A stretch of DNA of 64,000 nt from Oscillospiraceae bacterium. GTDB lineage: Bacteria > Bacillota > Clostridia > UMGS1810. A model generated the notes under the pieces. That model was not told the origin of the DNA and ran no database searches. It saw only the letters and a list, made by a program, of their open reading frames with translations. The position numbers and the translations under genes were made by a program. How positions within the stretch are numbered: the first letter of the stretch is position 1; each line of letters starts with the position of its first letter. Where the stretch lies: NCBI GenBank assembly GCA_015068825.1, contig SVJU01000008.1, forward strand, positions 276-64,275. Direction: 5' to 3'. Shown piece by piece: positions 10,565-20,470 of this stretch.

Positions 10565-12190
10565 ATGATAAAAAAATTTTTGGCTGTTGTAATATGCTTT
10601 TTAATGATTATAAATTCGGGTTTTGTATATGCATCAGATTACAATGCAATGAAAAATGCATTTTCTTTATACAGATGGTCTGATTTAGATAGACTTGTAA
10701 GAGAGGATAGCAGCTTTTTTGATCTTTTATGGGATGAATGTACTATTAAAATTGATGAAACTGCAAAAGTAAGAGACATTGATAAAAATTTGCTTGGTGT
10801 TCACATATTAACAGACACTTTTTATGATTATAAAAAAGGTGCTATTAAAGAAAGCTATCAGGATGTGGCTAACAAGATGTATGATGTTCCAATTTTCAGA
10901 ATGGGTAGTCTGGGAAATGCGGTTAATGCATTAAAAATGCCGGAAGATAGGGAAGTTTCTTATATTCTTGATGATATCGGATACGAGGAATATGAACCGG
11001 GTATAGATTATTCAAAATCTGGTGTAAACCTTTCAAATTCTCCACAGGTTCCCGAAAAAATTCTTGCTGCACTTATGAATAATCCGGATGCCAAATTTAT
11101 ATTTACGATTGATATAAAAAGAACTTACCCATCAGAAACAGTAGATTTTTTACATTTTTGTACTGATGAAAACGGCACAAGCAAATGGGCAAAATTAAGA
11201 GAGAGTTGGGGAATTGAAAATCCTATAGATGTCATTGGGCTTGAAATGGGTAATGAGCTGTATTTTATGGACGAAGAATATTGGACAGACGAAGAACATA
11301 TGCAATTGGCTATTGAGTGGTATATTAGCACATGTATAAGTCATGCTGAAGCTATTGAATATGAATTCCCGGATATAAAGATTATACCGAGTATTGACGG
11401 TACACCGACAAGAAGTGGTTTTGAAACATGGAACGTACCTGTTATAACTTCTCTAGCTCCTTACATTGATTATATTGCGGTTCATAAATATTATACGATA
11501 TCAGCGAGTATTTTTAAAGTTAATCCTTCGTTTGATAGGATAAAAGAAATTATTAAAAGCACCGGCAGAGATATTAAAATTGCTCTTACCGAACATTCAA
11601 CATGGGATGCTGACGGTGAAAATAGATTACCTATGAAAAGACAAAGTTTAGGTGCACTTTTAGATGTTATGAAATTTATGTGTGCACTTTTACCGCAAGA
11701 AGAATTTTATTGTGCTAACTATCATAATTTTATCGATGAAACCGGTTGGGGAATGATTCGAGCAGGAAACGGAACAAATGGTGTTCCTGTTATTAGTGCA
11801 ATAGGTAAGGGTTTTACAATGCTAAATGAAAATTACGGCGATTCTGTTTTGCTTCATACAGTAGAAAACGGAAGTGCTTATACTGATATGAACAGCGTTA
11901 ATAACAATCTTGCCTGTGTTGTTATGGGTAAAGAAGACGGCACAATTAAAGTAATGCTTGTTAATGACAGTAATACAAGAGAATTTGGAATAAATTTTGA
12001 ACTTGAAAACGAGTATAAGCTTACAAAAGTGAGCAAGATAACTGCACCAAATGAATATTCGTATATTTACGGCAGTGAGGCTTCGGATTTGTTTGAAATC
12101 CAAAACACAAATTTTTCGGATAATAATACTTTTACAAGCTATATAGTGCCTTCTTGCAGTTTTGTAATTCTTACTTTAGAGGCAAAATAA
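10565..12190 (+). CDS. Secreted GH51/GH79-like glycoside hydrolase, paralog of 5359..7587 without SLH
   Basis: WAKLRESWGIENPIDVIGLEMGNELYF and IALTEH align with the 5359 protein; the ORF ends right after the C-terminal beta domain. Confidence 0.75.
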   Translation: MIKKFLAVVICFLMIINSGFVYASDYNAMKNAFSLYRWSDLDRLVREDSSFFDLLWDECTIKIDETAKVRDIDKNLLGVHILTDTFYDYKKGAIKESYQDVANKMYDVPIFRMGSLGNAVNALKMPEDREVSYILDDIGYEEYEPGIDYSKSGVNLSNSPQVPEKILAALMNNPDAKFIFTIDIKRTYPSETVDFLHFCTDENGTSKWAKLRESWGIENPIDVIGLEMGNELYFMDEEYWTDEEHMQLAIEWYISTCISHAEAIEYEFPDIKIIPSIDGTPTRSGFETWNVPVITSLAPYIDYIAVHKYYTISASIFKVNPSFDRIKEIIKSTGRDIKIALTEHSTWDADGENRLPMKRQSLGALLDVMKFMCALLPQEEFYCANYHNFIDETGWGMIRAGNGTNGVPVISAIGKGFTMLNENYGDSVLLHTVENGSAYTDMNSVNNNLACVVMGKEDGTIKVMLVNDSNTREFGINFELENEYKLTKVSKITAPNEYSYIYGSEASDLFEIQNTNFSDNNTFTSYIVPSCSFVILTLEAK

Positions 12191-12218
12191 TTTTATGATG
12201 AAAAATGGGGTAAACACT

Positions 12219-14981
12219 ATGAAAAAAGCAATTGTTTTTTTATTAATATTAACTTTAATTCCTATATATGCTTTTGCTGATGGAGAAGTTTTTCTTGAAG
12301 ATGTTGAAAGCTATTCAGATACTATAACTCCAATTACAATTACAATTGATGACAACACATCAAAACAGCTTGGTGAAACTGACTGGTGGATGATTAAAGG
12401 TACATCGGGTAATCCGCTTAATGCCGGAAAATCAAACGGTGTTATTGTTTATCCAACCTTATCGGTTGTTGAAGAAGATGGTAATAAAGCTTTTAATTTG
12501 ACAGGTGGTTCAGGCGATTATTCATCTTATATAGAAAGAAGACAGGCTGCCCGATATATGGGTAATGGCCTTGCAAATATAAATAATAATTATAAGCTTG
12601 AATATGACTTTGAAAAATCTCAAACAAAATCAACTATTTGTTTTCAGTTTATGATACACAACGGCGGAAAAAACTATTATATTGTTAATATTGCCGGCGA
12701 AAAAACAGGCGGAGCTCCTGTATGGACAGTTGCAAAGATTGTTGATAATGCTGTAGTGGGTGATGTAGTTGTAAAATCACCTGAATCATATTCATCACCA
12801 ACATCTTCTCCCGGTGCAGTGACAACAACCAAAGGACATGTTTCCATTATATCGGATGGTAATGGTGTTATAACTGTTACTCTTACAGGAAAAAGATATG
12901 GCGAAAGCACTCCGTATTCAAGTACACTTACACTTGCTGATTCTGAACCATTTGATATTGATGCAAAAGATACCACAATTGGATTTTTTGTAGGTACTAC
13001 ACAAACAAATTCGCAAATTGATAATATAGCAATTTATGATGTTGAAGAATTTGTAGATTATGAGCCGGGTACGATTTTGTATAAAAATGTATCAGATAAA
13101 GCAAATATAAATGAATTTGAAGAAGCGGTTGTAAGAAGAATTTCAAGTGCATCGCTTGCTAATAAAAAAGTTGAAGTGGTTTTTGAAGATGAAAGCACAT
13201 CTAAAACTTATGAAGCCTCATTTGATGCAAAAGGAAAATGGGTTAATCTTGTTGATTCATCTATGTTTACAAAGGTAACTCTACCTGAAGGTAATGATTA
13301 TTCTGATCTTGCAATTTATGCAATAGCAGAAGAAAACCCTTCTAAGAATCAGCCTATAAAAAGCGAGGCTGTGCATTATTTCCCCAAATTAAGAGGAGAA
13401 ATGGGAAATGATAAATTCACATGGGAATCTTCTGATGAAAATGTTGCAACTGTAGATAAAGGTGTGGTAAAAGGTATAAGAGCAGGCAGTGCAACTATTA
13501 CTGCTACATATAAAGGTGCATCATTAAGCTATGATGTTGTAGTAAAAGGCGAATATGACTATGCACTTGAAGAAGATAAGCTTGATGAATATTTTGCATC
13601 AAAGAAACCTGTTTTTGACGAAATAAACAATGCTTTAAACGAAGATGATGCTTCAAAATTAAAAGCGGTTTTAACAAATACAGGTGAAATAAAAATTGAA
13701 TCTGTTCCCGATATTAATGTAGATATATTATCAGAAACAGAAGATGCCGAAATTGAAAAACTTGTTAATAATCTTATTAGTTACGATGGTTTCAGTTTTG
13801 CTTCTTTAGAAGATTTCAAAACCTTTGAAGATGCCGTTGAGCTTGAACTTGATGTAATTAAATTTGAAAACATTAACGATACACTTATAATAGATGAGTT
13901 GCTTTTAAATAATAACGAATTATTAAAGCTTGATACAGAAAATGAATTTTTTGAAAGATTTAACGAAAAGTGTGTTGTAAATCTTTTGAATAAGGAATAT
14001 GATAATTATGATAACTTGAAAAAATATTTTGCTGATAATATTGTTTTATCAAGTTATAAAGAAATGATTTCGTATTCTGATGTAGAAGATCTTTGTAATA
14101 AAAACCAGAGTATTATAGGATACGATACTACTCATTATGAAGAAGTAAAATGCAGCGATATGTTTACTCAGCTTATTTATTTAAAATCAACAATAGATGA
14201 TGTTTCAGATATAAAGGACTTTATTGATACATATACAAAACCTGTACAGCAACCTTCATACTCGTCTGGCTCGTCAGGTGGCTCAAAAGGCGGCGGTGGC
14301 GGTGGTTCAATTAAGTTTACTCCGAAATATGAAGCCGATACCGAATATGTTAAAGAAGCTGAAAAAGAAACAGCTTCGGAAGTTTCAAAAGAAAAAGAAA
14401 CTATTTACAAGGATTTGGAAAAAGGAACCTGGTACGAAGATTATATTCTTAAACTTGCCGGCAAAAACATTATGAACGGCAACAATGGTTATATAAAACC
14501 TTTGGACAATATCACAAGAGCTGAATTTGTTAAAATGCTTGTTTTGGCAACGGGTACTGTTCTTGGCGAAGAAGATGCCTGTCAGTTTGATGATGTTAGT
14601 GAAAACGACTGGTTTTATGATTATGTAGCTTCTGGCTATGTTAATTCAATTGTTGTAGGAAACGGAAATATGTTTTATCCAAATTCTAATATATCAAGAG
14701 AAGAAATTGCAGTTTTGGTTGACAGGGCAATAAATAATCTTGGTATAGATGTAAAATCAGATTCAATGAATAAAATGTTTGCAGATGAAGAAAACATTTC
14801 TGAATGGGCGTATGCATCTGTTATAAGATGTTCGTCTTACGGAATTATAAACGGATATTCAGATAGTACTTTTGTTCCTGCAGGTTTTGCAACAAGAGCA
14901 GAAAGTGCAAAAATGCTTTCTTGTCTTATTGAAATAATTGATGAAGCGGCGCAAGCAGCATCGGAAACTCAACAAGGTTAG
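12219..14981 (+). CDS. Surface protein: lectin-like domain, Ig-like (Big_2) domain, helical region, Ser/Gly linker, 3 SLH domains
   Basis: Signal peptide; N-domain aligns with the 3449 protein; WESSDENVATVDKGVVKG..GSATITATY (Big_2); SSGSSGGSKGGGGGGS linker; SLH ITRAEF, ISREEIA, ATRAESA. Confidence 0.75.
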   Translation: MKKAIVFLLILTLIPIYAFADGEVFLEDVESYSDTITPITITIDDNTSKQLGETDWWMIKGTSGNPLNAGKSNGVIVYPTLSVVEEDGNKAFNLTGGSGDYSSYIERRQAARYMGNGLANINNNYKLEYDFEKSQTKSTICFQFMIHNGGKNYYIVNIAGEKTGGAPVWTVAKIVDNAVVGDVVVKSPESYSSPTSSPGAVTTTKGHVSIISDGNGVITVTLTGKRYGESTPYSSTLTLADSEPFDIDAKDTTIGFFVGTTQTNSQIDNIAIYDVEEFVDYEPGTILYKNVSDKANINEFEEAVVRRISSASLANKKVEVVFEDESTSKTYEASFDAKGKWVNLVDSSMFTKVTLPEGNDYSDLAIYAIAEENPSKNQPIKSEAVHYFPKLRGEMGNDKFTWESSDENVATVDKGVVKGIRAGSATITATYKGASLSYDVVVKGEYDYALEEDKLDEYFASKKPVFDEINNALNEDDASKLKAVLTNTGEIKIESVPDINVDILSETEDAEIEKLVNNLISYDGFSFASLEDFKTFEDAVELELDVIKFENINDTLIIDELLLNNNELLKLDTENEFFERFNEKCVVNLLNKEYDNYDNLKKYFADNIVLSSYKEMISYSDVEDLCNKNQSIIGYDTTHYEEVKCSDMFTQLIYLKSTIDDVSDIKDFIDTYTKPVQQPSYSSGSSGGSKGGGGGGSIKFTPKYEADTEYVKEAEKETASEVSKEKETIYKDLEKGTWYEDYILKLAGKNIMNGNNGYIKPLDNITRAEFVKMLVLATGTVLGEEDACQFDDVSENDWFYDYVASGYVNSIVVGNGNMFYPNSNISREEIAVLVDRAINNLGIDVKSDSMNKMFADEENISEWAYASVIRCSSYGIINGYSDSTFVPAGFATRAESAKMLSCLIEIIDEAAQAASETQQG

Positions 14982-14994
14982 GGGGAAAACAATT

Positions 14995-15918
14995 ATGAAG
15001 CTTCGTTCCAAACAGATGAGCGAATTAAAAAAAGAAGAAAGAACCTGTTATTTAATGATTATGCTTCCTTTAATTGGTTTTTTCGTATTCAGTATTTATC
15101 CGATTTTCTGGACATTCAGATGGGCTTTTTATTCATATAACGGAATACCATCAGAAACGCTTTTTATTGGGCTGGATAACTTTAAAAAGATGTTTACCAC
15201 AGACCTTGACTACTGGAAGGCATGGGGAAATACACTTTATTATGCAGTTTTAAAAGTACCGTTTGAAATGTGCTTATCGTTATTTATTGCGGTATTACTT
15301 CAGCAAAATATAAAATTAAAAGGCCTTTTCCGTGCTACATATTATCTTCCATGTGTAATAAGTATTGCAATTGTAGGTCTTATGTTTACAAATATGTTCA
15401 GTATAAACGGATTTATTAATTCAATCCTTTTAAAGCTTAATATTATTGATAAGAATTTAGATTGGTTCGGTAACAGACATACAGCAACCTTTATGCTTGC
15501 GGCGGGTGGTATATGGAGCGGATTTGGTATTAATGTTTTATACTTTTTGTCAGCACTTTCAAACATTTCGCCTGAGCTTTACGAAGCTGCTGATGTTGAC
15601 GGTGCAAAAGCATGGACAAAGTTTATCAAAATCACATTACCGCTTATTGCCCCTGTTGCAGTAACAATAGTGCTTTTGGCACTTATTGCCGCACTTGGAT
15701 CAAATGAATATGTAATTTCATTTACAAATGGTGCTCCCGGTGGACAAACCCGTACGGTAATGTCGTATCTTACAACAAAGTTTGTACCCGGATTTACCAC
15801 CAATTCTGAACCTCCTATCGGATACGGATGTTCATTGTCACTTGTTACAACAATGTTGTTTGCATCACTTAGTATTGTATACAATAAAGTAAACAACAAA
15901 GTTAATAGTATTTTTTAG
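14995..15918 (+). CDS. Carbohydrate ABC transporter permease
   Basis: EAA loop ELYEAADVDGA, FIGLDNF, about 6 TM segments. Confidence 0.92.
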   Translation: MKLRSKQMSELKKEERTCYLMIMLPLIGFFVFSIYPIFWTFRWAFYSYNGIPSETLFIGLDNFKKMFTTDLDYWKAWGNTLYYAVLKVPFEMCLSLFIAVLLQQNIKLKGLFRATYYLPCVISIAIVGLMFTNMFSINGFINSILLKLNIIDKNLDWFGNRHTATFMLAAGGIWSGFGINVLYFLSALSNISPELYEAADVDGAKAWTKFIKITLPLIAPVAVTIVLLALIAALGSNEYVISFTNGAPGGQTRTVMSYLTTKFVPGFTTNSEPPIGYGCSLSLVTTMLFASLSIVYNKVNNKVNSIF

Positions 15919-15930
15919 GAGAAGAAAAAT

Positions 15931-16779
15931 ATGAAAGCTATAAAAATTAAAAGATTTTTTATTTATGTTATACTCTTTCTGATATTGTTTGTAACACTTG
16001 TTCCGCTTTTATATACATTTTGTGCATCATTTAAAAGCAATATGGAAATGCTCACAAATCCTGCATCAATGATTCCTGAAAATCCAACTCTGGACAACTA
16101 TATAAAAGTGTGGCAAAGTGAGGATTTCAACTTTTTCAGAATGTATATTAACAGTATTATGTATACACTTGTAAGTGTGTTTACAGCGGTGTTTATTTCT
16201 TCAATGGCAGGTTATGCTTTTGCCGTTGGACGATTTCGATTTAAAAAACTTATATTTACAGCATTTTCGTCACTTCTTTTTATAAAGCTTGGAAGTGTGT
16301 CAATTTATGCAACATTTGATGTTTTAAATCTTTTGCATATAAAACGAAGCTTGTATTCGCTTATGCTTATACACTTGTTTTCGGTACCTGTTGTAAATAT
16401 ATATCTTGTAAGGTCGTTTGTGTTCAGCCTTCCCGGCGGAATTATTGAAGCTGCAAAAATTGATGGTTGCACATTCTTTACAACATTTTTAAGGGTAATC
16501 CTTCCACTTTTAAAGCCGGTACTTGCAACAATTGCAATTCTTTCGTTTAAAAATTCATGGAATGATTATTTAATGCCTACAATATTTACTTTGACAAGAC
16601 CTGAACAAAGAACGGTTATAGTTGGACTTCTGGCACTTAAAAACAGTGATGGTGCAGCTACTAACTGGAATCTTATGCTGGCAGGTTCGGTAGTTTCAAT
16701 GCTGCCGGTTATTATTGCATATATTTGTGCAAATAAATATTTTGTTAACGGTATTGCTGCAGGTGCAGTAAAAGGATAA
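15931..16779 (+). CDS. Carbohydrate ABC transporter permease
   Basis: IIEAAKIDGC EAA loop, SWNDYLMP, LMLAGS. Confidence 0.92.
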   Translation: MKAIKIKRFFIYVILFLILFVTLVPLLYTFCASFKSNMEMLTNPASMIPENPTLDNYIKVWQSEDFNFFRMYINSIMYTLVSVFTAVFISSMAGYAFAVGRFRFKKLIFTAFSSLLFIKLGSVSIYATFDVLNLLHIKRSLYSLMLIHLFSVPVVNIYLVRSFVFSLPGGIIEAAKIDGCTFFTTFLRVILPLLKPVLATIAILSFKNSWNDYLMPTIFTLTRPEQRTVIVGLLALKNSDGAATNWNLMLAGSVVSMLPVIIAYICANKYFVNGIAAGAVKG

Positions 16780-16804
16780 TAAATAACAAAAAAGGAGAAA
16801 AATT

Positions 16805-18196
16805 ATGAAAAATTGGGTGAAAAGAATTTTTGGTATGATGGTTGTAGTTGCACTTTGTGTTTCGCTGTTTGCAGGATGCGGACAGGAAGCTAATGTTGCA
16901 GGTGATGCACAAAGAATTACAATCTGGACAACTGCATCTTCAAGTAAAGCAGTTTATGATGAGCTTATTAAAGAGTACAACGAAGGTCAGGGTAAAAAAG
17001 ACGGAGTTTATCTTGATTATCAGGTAAAACCCGGTGATTCTTTAAAAACAAACCTTGAGCTTGCACTTCAGACAGGTGATGCTCCTGATATGTTTGAAGG
17101 TGGTTCAATTAAAAAAATGATTGAACAGAATCAGGTTTGTGCAATAAGCGATTTACCCGGCGGTGAAGAGTTTTTAAAATACTATCGTGAAAACGATATG
17201 CTTGCTAATGAAGCAACCGATTTTAACGGTAAAACTTATGTAGTGCCAAGAAGTGCTACTGTAAGAGCATTAATATACAATAAAGATATGTTTAAAGCTG
17301 CTGGTATAGTAGATGAAAATGGTGAAGCTAAACCTCCCAAAACCTATGCTGAAATGATTGAATATGCTAAAAAGCTTACAGATCCAGCTAAAAATCAGTA
17401 CGGATATATTCTTCCTTTAAAATGGACAGGCTGGTTTGGTTCTGATGTAAGAAATGTTGCTCAGGCATCTATCGGACACATTGGCTATGTTATGCAGGAA
17501 GATAAGTTTGATTATAAAGGTATGGCTCCGATTTTGGAAACATACACAACAATGTTTAAAGACGGAAGCTGTATGCCAGGTTGTGAAAGTATTGACAACG
17601 ACCAGGCAAGAGCATACTTTGCAGCAGGAAACATTGGTATGAAAATGGCATTCTCATTTGATGTTGGTGTATTAAACGACCAGTTCCCTGCAACTTGCGA
17701 CTGGGGTGTTGCACCTGTTCCTGTGCTTGATGAAAACAATACTTATTATCAGCCTTTAGGTTATTCATATTCTTATAACATCAATGCTGAATCTGCTAAA
17801 AAATACGGCGACAAAATTATGAAAGCTATGGAGTTTTTCTGCAGTAACGAATTTTTGGCTGATTGTTACAGACTTGGTGTAACTATTCCTGTAAAACCCG
17901 AAGTTATTGCAAGTGTAAAATTTGATGATAAAGTAAAAACAGGCTGGATGGAGTTTGCAAATCTTGTTGCTGATTCAAGATATACAGGTCTTAGCCCGAG
18001 TCTTGATTCATCTAACCTTAAAGACCTACACACAAGATTTGTTGAAGAAGTATTCAACGGTGACAAGAGTGCTCTTCAGATGCTTACAGAATACGATAAT
18101 GATGTAACTAAAGCAACAGATGATTATTACAAAGCACATCCTGATGAAGACAGAAGTATATTTGTTGATAAAACAAGAGATATAAAAATAAAATAA
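16805..18196 (+). CDS. Sugar ABC transporter substrate-binding lipoprotein
   Basis: Lipobox LFAG-C; ALIYNKDMFKAAG; close paralog of 2050..3423. Confidence 0.92.
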   Translation: MKNWVKRIFGMMVVVALCVSLFAGCGQEANVAGDAQRITIWTTASSSKAVYDELIKEYNEGQGKKDGVYLDYQVKPGDSLKTNLELALQTGDAPDMFEGGSIKKMIEQNQVCAISDLPGGEEFLKYYRENDMLANEATDFNGKTYVVPRSATVRALIYNKDMFKAAGIVDENGEAKPPKTYAEMIEYAKKLTDPAKNQYGYILPLKWTGWFGSDVRNVAQASIGHIGYVMQEDKFDYKGMAPILETYTTMFKDGSCMPGCESIDNDQARAYFAAGNIGMKMAFSFDVGVLNDQFPATCDWGVAPVPVLDENNTYYQPLGYSYSYNINAESAKKYGDKIMKAMEFFCSNEFLADCYRLGVTIPVKPEVIASVKFDDKVKTGWMEFANLVADSRYTGLSPSLDSSNLKDLHTRFVEEVFNGDKSALQMLTEYDNDVTKATDDYYKAHPDEDRSIFVDKTRDIKIK

Positions 18197-18209
18197 TATT
18201 TCAGGCATT

Positions 18210-18239
18210 TCTCCGCCCTTTAGAATAAAAGGGCGGAGA
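18210..18239 (+). terminator. GC-rich stem-loop after the SBP gene (terminator or mRNA stabiliser)
   Basis: TCTCCGCCCTTT-agaata-AAAGGGCGGAGA, a 12-bp perfect stem with no long U-tract. Confidence 0.65.
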
Positions 18240-18268
18240 TTAAACAATTTTGAAGGGGGATTTTACAG

Positions 18269-19747
18269 GTGTTATTAACCGCATTTGTAGCATTGTTTAT
18301 AATACTTACTTATATTGCAATCAACTTTAAAAGTAAGCTTACTTATGTTGTCGGCTTATATATTTTCAGTATTATATCAATGATGATTGTTGTTGTTCTT
18401 TACACAACAAAAATATCCACATACAAATTCCCTTTAGAACTTGATTACTCAATATATTTGTTTTTAACCAAAAATTTTAAGCTGACAAACGCAATGGTTG
18501 CGCGTCTTTTAAATTTCAGCTTTGCTTTGTTTTTTATATCAAGCGTTTCGTATGTTAAGGTAATTGGCAAATTAAAAATGTATATAGCACTTATATTTGT
18601 TATGCCGATTGTTTGTTTTTATATAGTAAACGATCCTTATATTACCAAAAAGGTGTTCTTTCTTGCAAACAGCTTTAATAATGAAACAGCAGCACTTTAT
18701 ACAAATGTTCAATTGGTGATAAAAAGGTTTAATACATTTATTTTTGTAGCTTATGCAATATTCCCGGTTTACTATATTGTAAAAAGCTATATCTCCCTTA
18801 AACTAACAAGAGAAAAACGCGATTTATTGATTTCGGTATTTATTATATCACTTATTTTTATATGTGTTTATGCCATATTTGTTTTAGGCCCATATAAATT
18901 TATTATGATGAACAATGTGAATTTTATGAAAATTCCCGTTCATATTCCGCCGGATATAAGTTATGTTTCGGTGCCGATGCTGATTTTGTTTATACTCATA
19001 GTTGTATTGGTGATTATTTTGTTTTGTAAACCATTTGATAATTTTTCGTTCATCAATAAGCTTGAGCTTGCAAATGGTAGTAAATGGCTTGATAAAAACG
19101 TAAATATGATACTTCATATTTATAAAAACGCATTCTGGGGAATTAACCAGTATTTAAAATTTGCACAAGATAACATAGAAGATGTTGAAAAGGCAAAAAA
19201 TAATATTGCAAAAGGACGTGCAATAGCCGAAGAGCATATTGAAATGCTTATTAATATGCAGTCAAAGCTTGATAATTTCAGAAGTAAGGTGAGTTGCTTT
19301 AATATTGATGACTGTATAACAAATGCCCTTGCAAAAACAGGGCTTCCAACCGAAAAAGTTGGTGTGGTTTTTGAAAACTACAATAAAAATATAGAGATTT
19401 TCGGTGATTTTGAACATTTAAGCGAAGCATTTGTAAATTTGTTTTTAAATTCTGTTCAGGCCATTGAAAAATCAAAAAAAGAAGAATCGTATGTAACAAT
19501 TTCAGCACATACCGACCAAAGCTATATACTTATAAGTGTTCAGGATAACGGATGCGGTATTGAAGATGAAGATATTAAAGAGGTTTTTAAACCGTTCTTT
19601 TCTAAAAAGCTTCGTAATAACAGTGGCGGTATAGGTCTTTATTATGTTGATAATGTTATAAAAAATCATTACGGTGAAATAAGTGTAAAGTCAAAGGTAA
19701 ATGAATATACAAGATTTGACATTGTTTTGCCCGCTACAAAAAAATAA
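18269..19747 (+). CDS. Membrane sensor histidine kinase
   Basis: Multi-TM N-terminus; H-box-like LHIYKN; N-box NLFLNSVQAI; G1 QDNGCGI; F-box FKPFFS; G2 GGIGL. Confidence 0.9.
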   Translation: MLLTAFVALFIILTYIAINFKSKLTYVVGLYIFSIISMMIVVVLYTTKISTYKFPLELDYSIYLFLTKNFKLTNAMVARLLNFSFALFFISSVSYVKVIGKLKMYIALIFVMPIVCFYIVNDPYITKKVFFLANSFNNETAALYTNVQLVIKRFNTFIFVAYAIFPVYYIVKSYISLKLTREKRDLLISVFIISLIFICVYAIFVLGPYKFIMMNNVNFMKIPVHIPPDISYVSVPMLILFILIVVLVIILFCKPFDNFSFINKLELANGSKWLDKNVNMILHIYKNAFWGINQYLKFAQDNIEDVEKAKNNIAKGRAIAEEHIEMLINMQSKLDNFRSKVSCFNIDDCITNALAKTGLPTEKVGVVFENYNKNIEIFGDFEHLSEAFVNLFLNSVQAIEKSKKEESYVTISAHTDQSYILISVQDNGCGIEDEDIKEVFKPFFSKKLRNNSGGIGLYYVDNVIKNHYGEISVKSKVNEYTRFDIVLPATKK

Positions 19748-19763
19748 TATTGGAGGGATTGCT

Positions 19764-20441
19764 TTGAAAAAAATAAGAGTTTGTATTTGTGATGATGCAG
19801 AGTACGTATGCGATATTATATCAGAGCATCTCAAAAGTGCGCAGGATATTGAAGTTATCGGCTTTGCTCACGATTCAATTGAAGTTGTTGAGCTTATGGA
19901 AAAAAAGCCCGATATACTTTTACTTGATATACAAATGGAAAGCGATATGGCAGGAATTGACTGTATCCCAAAAATTTTAGAAAAATCGCCTGATACAAAA
20001 ATTATTATGCTTACAAGCTTTGATAATGAGGATTATGTGTATTCTGCAATGATAAACGGCGCAGTTGATTATATTATCAAAGACGATATGGTAGAAAGAA
20101 TTGTGCCAAAAATAAGAAGTATTTACAATAACGAGGCCGACCTTGACAACGAAACAGTTAATAAATTTGTTAATAAAGCAAGAGAAATTGCAAACAAGCA
20201 TGTAAGCTCGCTTTATCTTGTAAATACACTTATAAAGCTTTCAAATAATGAATATGAGATTTTAAAATCCATTTACGAAGGCGAATCATACGGAGATATT
20301 GCAAAAAAGCGTTATATAGAAGAAATTACTGTGCGTTCAACGGTATCAAGAATACTTAAAAAGTTTGATATGAAAAATATGAAAGATGTTATAAATGCAC
20401 TTAAAGAAACCCAGGTTTTTGAATTAATGGACAGATTTTAA
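19764..20441 (+). CDS. NarL/LuxR-family response regulator
   Basis: GGAGG before TTG 19764; ICDD, LLLDIQM, MLTSF, YIIK receiver motifs; C-terminal LuxR-type HTH. Confidence 0.9.
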   Translation: MKKIRVCICDDAEYVCDIISEHLKSAQDIEVIGFAHDSIEVVELMEKKPDILLLDIQMESDMAGIDCIPKILEKSPDTKIIMLTSFDNEDYVYSAMINGAVDYIIKDDMVERIVPKIRSIYNNEADLDNETVNKFVNKAREIANKHVSSLYLVNTLIKLSNNEYEILKSIYEGESYGDIAKKRYIEEITVRSTVSRILKKFDMKNMKDVINALKETQVFELMDRF

Positions 20442-20470
20442 AAATACAATCAAGAAATGAGGAGTTTTAA

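Noticed and set aside
14260-14310. GC-rich GGC/GGT repeat, also at 41600-41655
   Set aside because: It encodes Ser/Gly linkers before SLH domains. Not a CRISPR array or DNA repeat element, and too short and divergent to be an evident recombination cassette.
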